A model generated the notes under the pieces. The model ran no database searches, was not told the DNA's origin, and was given only the letters and a program-made list of their open reading frames with translations. From Eledone cirrhosa (Eukaryota), in NCBI GenBank assembly GCA_964016885.1, contig OZ024743.1, positions 137,020,001 through 137,084,000 of the forward strand: 64,000 bases of DNA. The letters are read 5' to 3'. Shown here one piece after another: positions 1 through 14,189 of this stretch. A program made the position numbers and the translations under genes. Numbering within the stretch: the first letter of the stretch is position 1; every line of letters begins with the position of its first letter.

Positions 1-1609
1 ACTAATCACCAAGCACCAAGCACCAAGCACCAAACACCAAGCACCAAGCACCAAACACCAAACACCAAGATCCAAAGACCAAGCACCAAGCCCCAAGCAC
101 CAAGCACCAGAAAATAAGCACCAAGCACCAAACACCAAGCACCAAGCACCAAACACCAACCACCCAGCACCAAGCACCAAGCACCAAACACCAAGCACCA
201 AACACCAAACACCAAGCACCAAGCACCAAGCGCCAAGCACCAAACACCAAGCACCAAGCACTAAGCACCAAACACCAAGCCCCAAGCAGCAAGCACTAAA
301 CACCAAACACCAAGCACCAAGCACCAAACACCAAGCACCAAGCACCAAGCACCTAGCACCAAACACCAAACACCAAGCACCAAGCACCAAACACCAAGCA
401 CCAATCACCAAGCACCAAACACCAAGCAGCAAGCAGCAAGCACCAAACACCAAACACCAAGCACCAAGCACCAAACACCAAGCACCAAGGACCACACATC
501 ATACACCAAGCACCAAGCACCAAACACCTAACACCAAGCACCAAGCACCAAGAACCAAGCACCAAGCACCGAACACCAAGCACCAAACACCAAGCACCAA
601 ACACCAAGCACTAAGCACCAAACACCAAGCACCAAACACCAAGCACCAAACACCAAGCACCAAAAACCAAACACCAAGCACCAACTACTAAACACCAAGC
701 ACCAAGCACCAAACACCAAGCACCAAGCACCAAAAACCAAACACCAAGAACCAAGCACCAAACACCAAGCACCAAGGACCAAGCACCAGGCACCAAGCAC
801 CAAGCACCAAACACAAAACACCAAGCACCAAGCACCAAGCAGCAAACACCAAGCATCAAACACTAAACACCAAACACCAAGCACCAAACACCAAGCACAA
901 AGCACCAAACACCAAACACCAAGCACCAAGCACCAAACAACAAGCACCAGGCACCAGGCACCAAGCACCAAACACCAAACACCAAGCACGCAGCATCAAA
1001 CACCAAGCACCAAGCACAAAGCACCAAACACCAAGCACCAAGCACCAAGCACCAAGCACCAAACACCAAACACCAAGCACCAAACACCAGCCACCATGCA
1101 CCACGCACCAAACACCAAACACCAAGCACTAAGCACCAGACACCAAACAACAAGCACCAGGCACCAAGCACCAAACACCAAACACCAAGCACGCATCACC
1201 AAGCACCAAGCACCAAGCACCAAACACCAAGCACCAAGCACCAAGCACCAAACATCAAACACCAAACACCAAGCACCAAGCACCAAACACCAAGCACCAA
1301 ACACCAAACCCCAAGCACCAATCACAAAACACTAATCACCAAGCACCAAGCACCAAACACCGAGCACCAAGCATCAAGCACCAAACACCAAGCACCAAGC
1401 ACCAAGCACCAAACACCAAGCACCAAGCACCAAACACCAAACCCCAAGCACCAAAGACCAAGCACCAAGCACCAAGGACCAAACACCAAGCACCAAGGAC
1501 CAAGCAACAAACACCAAGCACCAAGCACCAAACACCCAGCACCAAGCACCAAGCACCAAACACCAAACACCAAGCACGCAGCATCAAACACCAAGCACCA
1601 AGCACCAAG

Positions 1610-4600
1610 CACCAAGCACCAATTACCAAACACCAACCACCAAGCACCAAACACCAAACACCAATCACCAAGCACCAAGCACGAAACACCAGGCACCAAG
1701 CACCAAGTACCAAACACCAAACACCAAGCACCAAACACCAGCCACCAAGCACCAAGCACCAAACACCAAACACCAAGCACTAAGCACCAAACACCAAACA
1801 GCAAGCACCAGGCACCAAGCACCAAACACCAAACACCAAGCACGCGGCACCAAACACCAAGCACCAAGCACCAAGCACCAAACACCAAGCACCAAGCACC
1901 AAGCACCAAGCACCAAACACCAAAACCAAGCACCAAGCACCAAGAATCAAACACCAAACACCAAACAGCAAGCACCAAGCACCAAACACCAAGCACCAAA
2001 CACCAAACACCAAGCACTAAGCACCAAACACCAAACAACAAGCACCAGGCACCAAGCACCAAACACCAAATACCAAGCACGCAGCACCAAACACCAAGCA
2101 CCAAGCACCAAACACCAAGCACCAAGCACCAAGCACCAAACACCAAACACCAAACACCAAGCACAAAGAACCAAACACCAAACACCAAACAGCAGGCACC
2201 AAGCACCAAACACCAAGCACCAATCACCAAACACTAATCACCAAGCACCAAGCCCCAAACACCAAGCACCAAGCAGCAAGCACCAAACACCAAGCACCAA
2301 TAACCAAACACCAAGCACCAAACACCAAGCACCAAGCACCAAACACCAAACCCCAAGCACCTAACACCAAGCACCAAGCACCAAGGACCAAACACCAAGC
2401 ACCAAGCACCAAACACCAAACACCAAACAACAAGCATCAAGCACCAAACAGCAAGCACCAAACACCAAGCACCAAACACCAAGCACCAAACACAAAGTCC
2501 CACGCACCAAGCACCAAACACCAAACACCAAGCACCAAGCACCAAACACCAAGCACCAAGCACCAAGCCCCTAGCACCAAACACCAAACCCCAAGCAAAA
2601 ACCACAAAACACCAAGCACCAATCACCAAGCACCAAACACCAAGCAGCAAGCAGCAAGCACCAAACACGAACGACCAAGCACCAAGCACCAAATACCAAA
2701 CACCAAGCACCAAGGACCAAACATCAAACACCAAGCACCAAGCACCAAACGCCTAACACCAAGCACCAAGCACCAAGCACCAAGCACCAAACACCAAGCA
2801 CCAATCACCAAACACCAAGCACCAAGCACCAAACACCAAGCACCAGGCACCAAGCAGCAAACACCAAGCACCAAGCACCAAACCCCAAGCACCAAGCACC
2901 AAACAACAAGCACCAAGCACCAAACACCAGCCACCAAGCAGCAAGCACCAAACACCAAACACCAAGCACTAAGCACCAAACACCAAACAACAAGCACCAG
3001 GCACCAAGCACCAAACACCAAACACCAAGCACGCATCACCAAACACCAAGCACCAAGCACCAAGCACCAAAAACCAAGCACCAAGCACCAAGCACCAAAA
3101 ACCAAACACCAAACACCAAGCACCAAGAACCAAACACCAAACACCAAACAGCAAGCACCAAGCACCAAACACCAAGCACCAAACACCAAACCCCAAGCAC
3201 CAATCACCAAACACTAATCACCAAGCACCAAGCACCAAACACCAAGCACCAAACACCAAGCACCAAGCACCAAACACCAAACCCCAACCACCATAGACCA
3301 AGCACCAAGCACCAATTACCAAACACCAACCACCAAGCACCAAACACCAAACACCAATCACCAAGCACCAAGCACGAAACACCAGGCACCAAGCACCAAG
3401 TACCAAACACCAAACACCAAGCACCAAACACCAGCCACCAAGCACCAAGCACCAAACACCAAACACCAAGCACTAAGCACCAAACACCAAACAGCAAGCA
3501 CCAGGCACCAAGCACCAAACACCAAACACCAAGCACGCGGCACCAAACACCAAGCACCAAGCACCAAGCACCAAACACCAAGCACCAAGCACCAAGCACC
3601 AAGCACCAAACACCAAAACCAAGCACCAAGCACCAAGAATCAAACACCAAACACCAAACAGCAAGCACCAAGCACCAAACACCAAGCACCAAACACCAAA
3701 CACCAAGCACTAAGCACCAAACACCAAACAACAAGCACCAGGCACCAAGCACCAAACACCAAATACCAAGCACGCAGCACCAAACACCAAGCACCAAGCA
3801 CCAAACACCAAGCACCAAGCACCAAGCACCAAACACCAAACACCAAACACCAAGCACAAAGAACCAAACACCAAACACCAAACAGCAGGCACCAAGCACC
3901 AAACACCAAGCACCAATCACCAAACACTAATCACCAAGCACCAAGCCCCAAACACCAAGCACCAAGCAGCAAGCACCAAACACCAAGCACCAATAACCAA
4001 ACACCAAGCACCAAACACCAAGCACCAAGCACCAAACACCAAACCCCAAGCACCTAACACCAAGCACCAAGCACCAAGGACCAAACACCAAGCACCAAGC
4101 ACCAAACACCAAACACCAAACAACAAGCATCAAGCACCAAACAGCAAGCACCAAACACCAAGCACCAAACACCAAGCACCAAACACAAAGTCCCACGCAC
4201 CAAGCACCAAACACCAAACACCAAGCACCAAGCACCAAACACCAAGCACCAAGCACCAAGCCCCTAGCACCAAACACCAAACCCCAAGCAAAAACCACAA
4301 AACACCAAGCACCAATCACCAAGCACCAAACACCAAGCAGCAAGCAGCAAGCACCAAACACGAACGACCAAGCACCAAGCACCAAATACCAAACACCAAG
4401 CACCAAGGACCAAACATCAAACACCAAGCACCAAGCACCAAACGCCTAACACCAAGCACCAAGCACCAAGCACCAAGCACCAAACACCAAGCACCAATCA
4501 CCAAACACCAAGCACCAAGCACCAAACACCAAGCACCAGGCACCAAGCAGCAAACACCAAGCACCAAGCACCAAACCCCAAGCACCAAGCACCAAACAAC

Positions 4601-4995
4601 AAGCACCAAGCACCAAACACCAGCCACCAAGCAGCAAGCACCAAACACCAAACACCAAGCACTAAGCACCAAACACCAAACAACAAGCACCAGGCACCAA
4701 GCACCAAACACCAAACACCAAGCACGCATCACCAAACACCAAGCACCAAGCACCAAGCACCAAAAACCAAGCACCAAGCACCAAGCACCAAAAACCAAAC
4801 ACCAAACACCAAGCACCAAGAACCAAACACCAAACACCAAACAGCAAGCACCAAGCACCAAACACCAAGCACCAAACACCAAACCCCAAGCACCAATCAC
4901 CAAACACTAATCACCAAGCACCAAGCACCAAACACCAAGCACCAAACACCAAGCACCAAGCACCAAACACCAAACCCCAACCACCATAGACCAAG
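1610..4995 (+). repeat. Tandem duplication, unit 1,693 bp (copies ~1610-3302 and ~3303-4995)
   Basis: Identical ORF translations at a constant 1,693 offset (1665/3358, 1947/3640, 2234/3927, 2623/4316, 2969/4662). Shared markers: CACCAATTACC (1617/3310), 6-bp unit ACCAAG (1925/3618), CCATAG (3291/4984). 1,693 = 241x7+6, consistent with the single 6-bp unit. Confidence 0.95.
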
Positions 4996-5149
4996 CACCA
5001 AGCACCAAAGAACAAACACCAAGCACCATGCACCAAGCACCAAACACCAAGCACCAAGCACCAAACACCCAGCACCAAGCACCAAGCATCAAACAACAAG
5101 CACCAAGCACCAAACACCAAACACCAAACACCAAGCACCAAGCACCAAA

Positions 5150-8100
5150 CAGCAAGCCCCAAACACCAAACACCAAGCACCAAACACCAAACCCCAAGCA
5201 CCAATCACAAAACACTAATCACCAAGCACCAAGCACCAAACACCGAGCACCAAGCATCAAGCACCAAACACCAAGCACCAAGCACCAAGCACCAAGCACC
5301 AAACACCAAGCACCAAGCACCAAACACCAAACCCCAAGCACCAAAGACCAAGCACCAAGCACCAAGGACCAAACACCAAGCACCAAGGACCAAGCAACAA
5401 ACACCAAGCACCAAGCACCAAACACCCAGCACCAAGCACCAAGCACCAAACACCAAACACCAAGCACGCAGCATCAAACACCAAGCACCAAGCACCAAGC
5501 ACCAAGCACCAATTACCAAACACCAACCACCAAGCACCAAACACCAAACACCAATCACCAAGCACCAAGCACGAAACACCAGGCACCAAGCACCAAGTAC
5601 CAAACACCAAACACCAAGCACCAAACACCAGCCACCAAGCACCAAGCACCAAACACCAAACACCAAGCACTAAGCACCAAACACCAAACGGCAAGCACCA
5701 GGCACCAAACACCAAACACCAAGCACCAAGCACCAAGAATCAAACACCAAACACCAAACAGCAAGCACCAAGCACCAAACACCAAGCACCAAACACCAAA
5801 CACCAAGCACTAAGCACCAAACACCAAACAACAAGCACCAGGCACCAAGCACCAAACACCAAACACCAAGCACGCAGCACCAAGCACCAAGCACCAAACA
5901 CCAAACACCAAACACCAAGCACCAAGAACCAAATACCAAACACCAAACAGCAGGCACCAAGCCCCAAACACCAAGCACCAATCACCAAACACTAATCACC
6001 AAGCACCAAGCCCCAAACACCAAGCACCAAGCAGCAAGCACCAAACACCAAGCACCAAGCACCAAACACCAAGCACCAAACACCAAGCACCAAGCACCAA
6101 ACAACAAACCCCAAGCACCTAACACCAAGCACCAAGCACCAAGGACCAAACACCAAGCACCAAGCACCAAACACCAAACACCAAACAACAAGCATCAAGC
6201 ACCAAACAGCAAGCACCAAGCACCAAGCACCAAACACCAAGCACCAAGCACCAAGCCCCTAGCACCAAACACCAAACACCAAGCAAAAAGCACAAAACAC
6301 CAAGCACCAATCACCAAGCACCAAACACCAAGCAGCAAGCAGCAAGCACCAAACACGAACGACCAAGCACCAAGCACCAAATACCAAACACCAAGCACCA
6401 AGGACCAAACATCAAACACCAAGCACCAAGCACCAAACGCCTAACACCAAGCACCAAGCACCAAGCACCAAGCACCAAACACCAAGCACCAATCACCAAA
6501 CACCAAGCACCAAGCACCAAACACCAAGCACCAGGCACCAAGCAGCAAACACCAAGCACCAAGCACCAAACACCAAGCACCAAACACAAAGCACCAAGCA
6601 CCAAACACCAAACCCCAAGCACCAAACACCAAACCTCAAGCACCAAGCACAAAACACTAATCACCAAGCACCAAGCACCAGACAACAAGCACCAAGCACC
6701 AAGCACCAGGCACCAAGCACCAATCACCAAGCACGAAACACCAGGCACCAAGCACCAAGCACCAAACACCAAACACCAAGCACCAAACACCAGCCACCAA
6801 GCAGCAAGCACCAAACACCAAATACCAAGCACTAAGCACCAAACACCAAACAACAAGCACCAGGCACCAAGCACCAAACACCAAACACCAAGCACGCATC
6901 ACCAAACACCAAGCACCAAGCACCAAGCACCAAAAACCAAGCACCAAGCACCAAGCACCAAAAACCAAACACCAAACACCAAGCACCAAGAACCAAACAC
7001 CAAACACCAAACAGCAAGCACCAAGCACCAAACACCAAGCACCAAACACCAAACCCCAAGCACCAATCACCAAACACTAATCACCAAGCACCAAGCACCA
7101 AACACTGAGCACCACACACCAAGCACCAAGCACCAAACACCAAACCCCAACCACCATAGACCAAGCACCAAGCACCAAAGTACAAACACCAAGCACCAAA
7201 CACCAAACCCCAAGCACCTAACACCAAGCACCAAGCACCAAGGACCAAACACCAAGCACCAAGCACCAAACACCAAACACCAAACAACAAGCATCAAGCA
7301 CCAAACAGCAAGCACCAAGCACCAAGCACCAAACACCAAGCACCAAGCACCAAGCCCCTAGCACCAAACACCAAACACCAAGCAAAAAGCACAAAACACC
7401 AAGCACCAATCACCTAGCACCAAACACCAAGCAGCAAGCAGCAAGCACCAAACACGAACGACCAAGCACCAAGCACCAAATACCAAACACCAAGCACCAA
7501 GGACCAAACATCAAACACCAAGCACCAAGCACCAAACGCCTAACACCAAGCACCAAGCACCAAGCACCAAGCACCAAACACCAAGCACCAATCACCAAAC
7601 ACCAAGCACCAAGCACCAAACACCAAGCACCAGGCACCAAGCAGCAAACACCAAGCACCAAGCACCAAACACCAAGCACCAAACACAAAGCACCAAGCAC
7701 CAAACACCAAACCCCAAGCACCAAACACCAAACCTCAAGCACCAAGCACAAAACACTAATCACCAAGCACCAAGCACCAAACAACAAGCACCAAGCACCA
7801 AGCACCAGGCACCAAGCACCAAGCACCAAACACTAATCACCAAGCACCAAGTACCAAACACCAAACACCAAGCACCAAACACCAAACACCAAGCACCAAT
7901 CACCAAGCACGAAACACCTAGCACCAAGCACCAAGCACCAAACACCAAACACCAAGCACCAAACACCAGCCACCAAGCAGCAAGCACCAAACACCAAACA
8001 CCAAACACTAAGCACCAAACACCAAACAACAAGCACCAGGCACCAAGCACCAAACACCAAACACCAAGCACGCATCACCAAACACCAAGCACCAAGCACC

Positions 8101-11100
8101 AAGCACCAAAAACCAAGCACCAAGCACCAAGCACCAAAAACCAAACACCAAACACCAAGCACCAAGAACCAAACACCAAACAGCAAGCACCAAGCACCAA
8201 ACACCAAGCACCAAACACCAAACCCCAAGCACCAATCACCAAACACTAATCACCAAGCACCAAGCACCAAACACCGAGCACCACACACCAAGCTCCAAGC
8301 ACCAAACACCAAACCCCAACCACCATAGACCAAGCACCAAGCACCAAAGAACAGACACCAAGCACCAAACACCAAACACCAAACACCAAGCACCAAGCAC
8401 TAAACAGCAAGCACCAAACACCAAACACCAAACAGCAAACACCAAACAGCAAACACCAAACACCAAACAGCAAACAGCAAACGCCAAACACCAAGCACCA
8501 AGCACCAAGCACCAAACACCAAGCACCAAGCACCAAGCACAAAACACCAAACACCAAGCACCAAGGACCAAACACCAAACACCAAGCACCAAACACCAAG
8601 CACCAAACACCAAGCACCAAACACCAAGCACCAAACACCAAACACCAAGCACCAAGCACCAAACACCAAACACCAAACACCAAGCACCAAGCACCAAACA
8701 GCAAGCCCCAAACACCAAACACCAAGCACCAAACACCAAACCCCAAGCACCAATCACAAAACACTAATCACCAAGCACCAAGCACCAAACACCGAGCACC
8801 AAGCATCAAGCACCAAACACCAAGCACCAAGCACCAAGCACCAAGCACCAAACACCAAGCACCAAGCACCAAACACCAAACCCCAAGCACCAAAGACCAA
8901 GCACCAAGCACCAAGGACCAAACACCAAGCACCAAGGACCAAGCAACAAACACCAAGCACCAAGCACCAAACACCCAGCACCAAGCACCAAGCACCAAAC
9001 ACCAAACACCAAGCACGCAGCATCAAACACCAAGCACCAAGCACCAAGCACCAAGCACCAATTACCAAACACCAAGCACCAAGCACCAAACACCAAACAC
9101 CAATCACCAAGCACCAAGCACGAAACACCAGGCACCAAGCACCAAGTACCAAACACCAAACACCAAGCACCAAACACCAGCCACCAAGCACCAAGCACCA
9201 AACACCAAACACCAAGCACTAAGCACCAAACACCAAACGGCAAGCACCAGGCACCAAGCACCAAACACCAAACACCAAGCACGCAGCACCAAACACCAAG
9301 CACCAAGCACCAAGCACCAAACACCAAGCACCAAGCACCAAGCACCAAACACCAAACACCAAGCACCAAGCACCAAGAATCAAACACCAAACACCAAACA
9401 GCAAGCACCAAGCACCAAACACCAAGCACCAAACACCAAACACCAAGCACTAAGCACCAAACACCAAACAACAAGCACTAGGCACCAAGCACCAAACACC
9501 AAAAACCAAACACCAAACACCAAGCACCAAGCACCAAACACCAAACACCAAACACCAAGCACCAAGAACCAAACACCAAACACCAAACAGCAGGCACCAA
9601 GCACCAAACACCAAGCACCAATCACCAAACACTAATCACCAAGCACCAAGCCCCAAACACCAAGCACCAAGCAGCAAGCACCAAACACCAAGCACCAAGC
9701 ACCAAACACCAAGCACCAAACACCAAGCACCAAGCACCAAACACCAAACCCCAAGCACCTAACACCAAGCACCAAGCACCAAGGACCAAACACCAAGCAC
9801 CAAGCACCAAACACCAAACACCAAACAACAAGCATCAAGCACCAAACAGCAAGCACCAAGCACCAAGCACCAAACACCAAGCACCAAGCACCAAGCCCCT
9901 AGCACCAAACACCAAACACCAAGCAAAAAGCACAAAACACCAAGCACCAATCACCAAGCACCAAACACCAAGCAGCTAGCAGCAAGCACCAAACACGAAC
10001 GACCAAGCACCAAGCACCAAATACCAAACACCAAGCACCAAGGACCAAACATCAAACACCAAGCACCAAGCACCAAACGCCTAACACCAAGCACCAAGCA
10101 CCAAGCACCAAACACCAAGCACCAATCACCAAACACCAAGCACCAAGCACCAAACACCAAGCACCAGGCACCAAGCAGCAAACACCAAGCACCAAGCACC
10201 AAACACCAAGCACCAAACACAAAGCACCAAGCACCAAACACCAAACCCCAAGCACCAAACACCAAACCTCAAGCACCAAGCACAAAACACTAATCACCAA
10301 GCACCAAGCACCAAACAACAAGCACCAAGCACCAAGCACCAGGCACCAAGCACCAAGCACCAAACACTAATCACCAAGCACCAAGTACCAAACACCAAAC
10401 ACCAAGCACCAAACACCAAACACCAAGCACCAATCACCAAGCACGAAACACCAGGCACCAAGCACCAAGCACCAAACACCAAACACCAAGCACCAAACAC
10501 CAGCCACCAAGCAGCAAGCACCAAACACCAAACACCAAGCACTAAACACCAAACACCAAACAACAAGCACCAGGCACCAAGCACCAAACACCAAACACCA
10601 AGCACGCATCACCAAACACCAAGCACCAAGCGCCAAGCACCAAAAACCAAGCACCAAGCACCAAGCACCAAAAACCAAACACCAAACACCAAGCACCAAG
10701 AACCAAACACCAAACAGCAAGCACCAAGCACCAAACACCAAGCACCAAACACCAAACCCCAAGCACCAATCACCAAACACTAATCACCAAGCACCAAGCA
10801 CCACACACCGAGCACCACACACCAAGCACCAAGCTCCAAACACCAAACCCCAACCACCATAGACCAAGCACCAAGCACCAAAGAACAAACACCAAGCACC
10901 AAACACCAAACCCCAAGCACCTAACACCAAGCACCAAGCACCAAGGACCAAACACCAAGCACCAAGCACCAAACACCAAACACCAAACAACAAGCATCAA
11001 GCACCAAACAGCAAGCACCAAGCACCAAGCACCAAACACCAAGCACCAAGCACCAAGCCCCTAGCACCAAACACCAAACACCAAGCAAAAAGCACAAAAC

Positions 11101-12100
11101 ACCAAGCACCAATCACCAAGCACCAAACACCAAGCAGCAAGCAGCAAGCACCAAACACGAACGACCAAGCACCAAGCACCAAATACCAAACACCAAGCAC
11201 CAAGGACCAAACATCAAACACCAAGCACCAAGCACCAAACGCCTAACACCAAGCACCAAGCACCAAGCACCAAGCACCAAACACCAAGCACCAATCACCA
11301 AACACCAAGCACCAACACCAAACACCAAGCACCAGGCACCAAGCAGCAAACACCAAGCACCAAGCACCAAACACCAAGCGCCAAACACAAAGCACCAAGC
11401 ACCAAACACCAAACCCCAAGCACCAAACACCAAACCTCAAGCACCAAGCACAAAACACTAATCACCAAGCACCAAGCACCAAACAACAAGCACCAAGCAC
11501 CAAGCACCAGGCACCAAGCACCAAGCACCAAACACTAATCACCAAGCACCAAGTACCAAACACCAAACACCAAGCACCAAACACCAAACACCAAGCACCA
11601 ATCACCAAGCACGAAACACCAGGCACCAAGCACCAAGCACCAAACACCAAACACCAAGCACTAAACACCAGCCACCAAGCAGCAAGCACCAAACACCAAA
11701 CACCAAGCACTAAGCACCAAACACCAAACAACAAGCACCAGGCACCAAGCACCAAACACCAAACACCAAGCACGCATCACCAAACACCAAGCACCAAGCA
11801 CCAAGCACCAAAAACCAAGCACCAAGCACCAAGCACCAAAAACCAAACACCAAACACCAAGCACCAAGAACCAAACACCAAACACCAAACAGCAAGCACC
11901 AAGCACCAAACACCAAGCACCAAACACCAAACCCCAAGCACCAATCACCAAACACTAATCACCAAGCACCAAGCACCAAACACCGAGCACCACACACCAA
12001 GCTCCAAGCACCAAACACCAAACCCCAACCACCATAGACCAAGCACCAAGCACCAAAGAACAAACACCAAGCACCAAACACCAAACACCAAACACCAAAC
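5150..12100 (+). repeat. Diverged tandem duplication of ~3.55-3.7 kb (~5150-8700 and ~8700-12100), each copy containing a ~1.1-1.17 kb internal repeat
   Basis: ORF-track offsets 5205/8754 (3549), 5982/9622 (3640), 7067/10770 (3703), 8236/11945 (3709). Internal offsets 6119/7218 and 6311/7410 (1099), and 9759/10921 (1162). Markers CACGAACGACCAAG, CGCCTAA and CCTCAAG recur in the same order. Confidence 0.8.
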
Positions 12101-13456
12101 ACCAAGCACCAAGGACCAAACATCAAACACCAAGCACCAAGCACCAAACACCAAACACCAAGCACCAAACACCAAGCACCAAACACCAAGCACCAAACAC
12201 CAAGCACCAAATACCAAACACCAAGCACCAAGCACCAAGCACCAAACACCAAGTACCAAACACCAAGCACCAAACACCAAGTCCCACGCACCAAGCAGCA
12301 AACACCAAGCACCAAGCCCCAAGCACCAAACACCAAGCACCAAGCACCAAGCCCCTAGCACCAAACACCAAACCCCAAGCACCAAGCACGCATCACCAAA
12401 CACCAAGCACCAAGCACCAAGCACCAAAAACCAAACACCAAACACCAAACAGCAAACATAAGCACCAAGCACGAAACACCAGGCACCAAGCACCAAGTAC
12501 CAAACACCAAACACCAAGCACCAAACACCAGCCACCAAGCACCAAGCACCAAACACCAAACACCAAGCACTAAGCACCAAACACCAAACAGCAAGCACCA
12601 GGCACCAAGCACCAAACACCAAACACCAAGCACGCAGCACCAAACACCAAGCACCAAGCACCAAGCACCAAACACCAAGCACCAAGCACCAAGCACCAAA
12701 CACCAAACACCAAGCACCAAGCACCAAAAATCAAACACCAAACACCAAACAGCAAGCACCAAGCACCAAACAGCAAGCACCAAACACCAAACACCAAGCA
12801 CTAAGCACCAAACACCAAACAACAAGCACCAGGCACCAAGCACCAAACACCAAACACCAAGCACGCAGCACCAAACACCAAGCACCAAGCACCAAGCACC
12901 AAACACCAAGCACCAAGCACCAAGCACCAAACACCAAACACCAAACACCAAGCACCAAGAACCAAACACCAAACACCAAACAGCAGGCACCAAGCACCAA
13001 ACACCAAGCACCAATCACCAAACACTAATCACCAAGCACCAATCCCCAAACACCAAGCACCAAGCAGCAAGCACCAAACAACAAGCACCAAGCACCAAAC
13101 ACCAAGCACCAAACACCAAGCACCAAGCACCAAACACCAAACCCCAAGCACCAAAGACCAAGCACCAAGCACCAAGGACCAAACACCAAGCACCAAGCAC
13201 CAAACACCAAGCACCAAGCACCAAACACCCAGCACCAAGCTCCAAGCACCAAACACCAAGCACCAAGCACCAAACACCAAACACCAAACACCAAGCATCA
13301 AGCACCAAACAGCAAGCACCAAACACCAAGCACCAAACACCAAGCACCAAACACAAAGTCCCACGCACCAAGCACCAAACACCAAACACCAAGCACCAAG
13401 CACCAAACACCAAGCACCAAGCACCAAGCCCCTAGCACCAAACACCAAACACCAAG

Positions 13457-13480
13457 CAAGAATGAAAAAAAAAAACCAAG
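13457..13480 (+). other. Non-conforming 24-bp island CAAGAATG(A)11CCAAG replacing a 21-bp stretch (CAAAAAGCACAAAACACCAAG in paralogues)
   Basis: Direct reading: A11 run at 13465-13475. Paralogous positions (~6284, ~7383, ~9924, ~16190) read CAAAAAG CACAAAA CACCAAG. Confidence 0.9.
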
Positions 13481-14189
13481 CACCAATCACCAAGCTCCAA
13501 ACACCATGCAGCAAGCAGCAAGCACCAAACACGAACGACCAAGCAACAAGCACCAAGGACCAAACATCAAACACCAAGCACCAAGCACCAAACGCCTAAC
13601 ACCAAGCACCAAGCACCAAGCACCAAGCACCAAACACCAAGCACCAATCACCAAACACCAAGCACCAAGCACCAAATACCAATCACCAGGCACCAAGCAG
13701 CAAACACCAAGCACCAAGCACCAAACACCAAGCACCAAACACAAAGCACCAAACACCAAACACCAAACCCCAAGCACCAGACACCAAACCTCAAGCACCA
13801 AGCACAAAACACTAATCACCAAGCACCAAGCACCAAACAACAAGCACGAAGCACCAGGCACCAGGCACCAAGCACCAAGCACCAAACACTAATCACCAAG
13901 CACCAACCACCAAGCACCAAACACCAAGCACCAAGCACCAAGCACAAAACACCAAGCACCAAGCACCAAACACCAAACACCAAGCACCAAAGACCAAGCA
14001 CGAAGCACCAAGCACCAAGCACCGAACAATAAGCACCAAGCACCAAGCACCAAACACCAAGCACCAAGCACCATGCACCAAGCACCAAGCACTAAGCACC
14101 AAACACCAAGCCCCAAGCACCAAGCACCAAACACCAAACACCAAGCACCAAGCACCAAACACCAAGCACCAAGTACCATGCACCTAGCA

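Noticed and set aside
13457-13480. Mobile element insertion
   Set aside because: Net gain is only 3 bp, with no element body, terminal repeats or demonstrable target-site duplication. Kept only as an anomaly.
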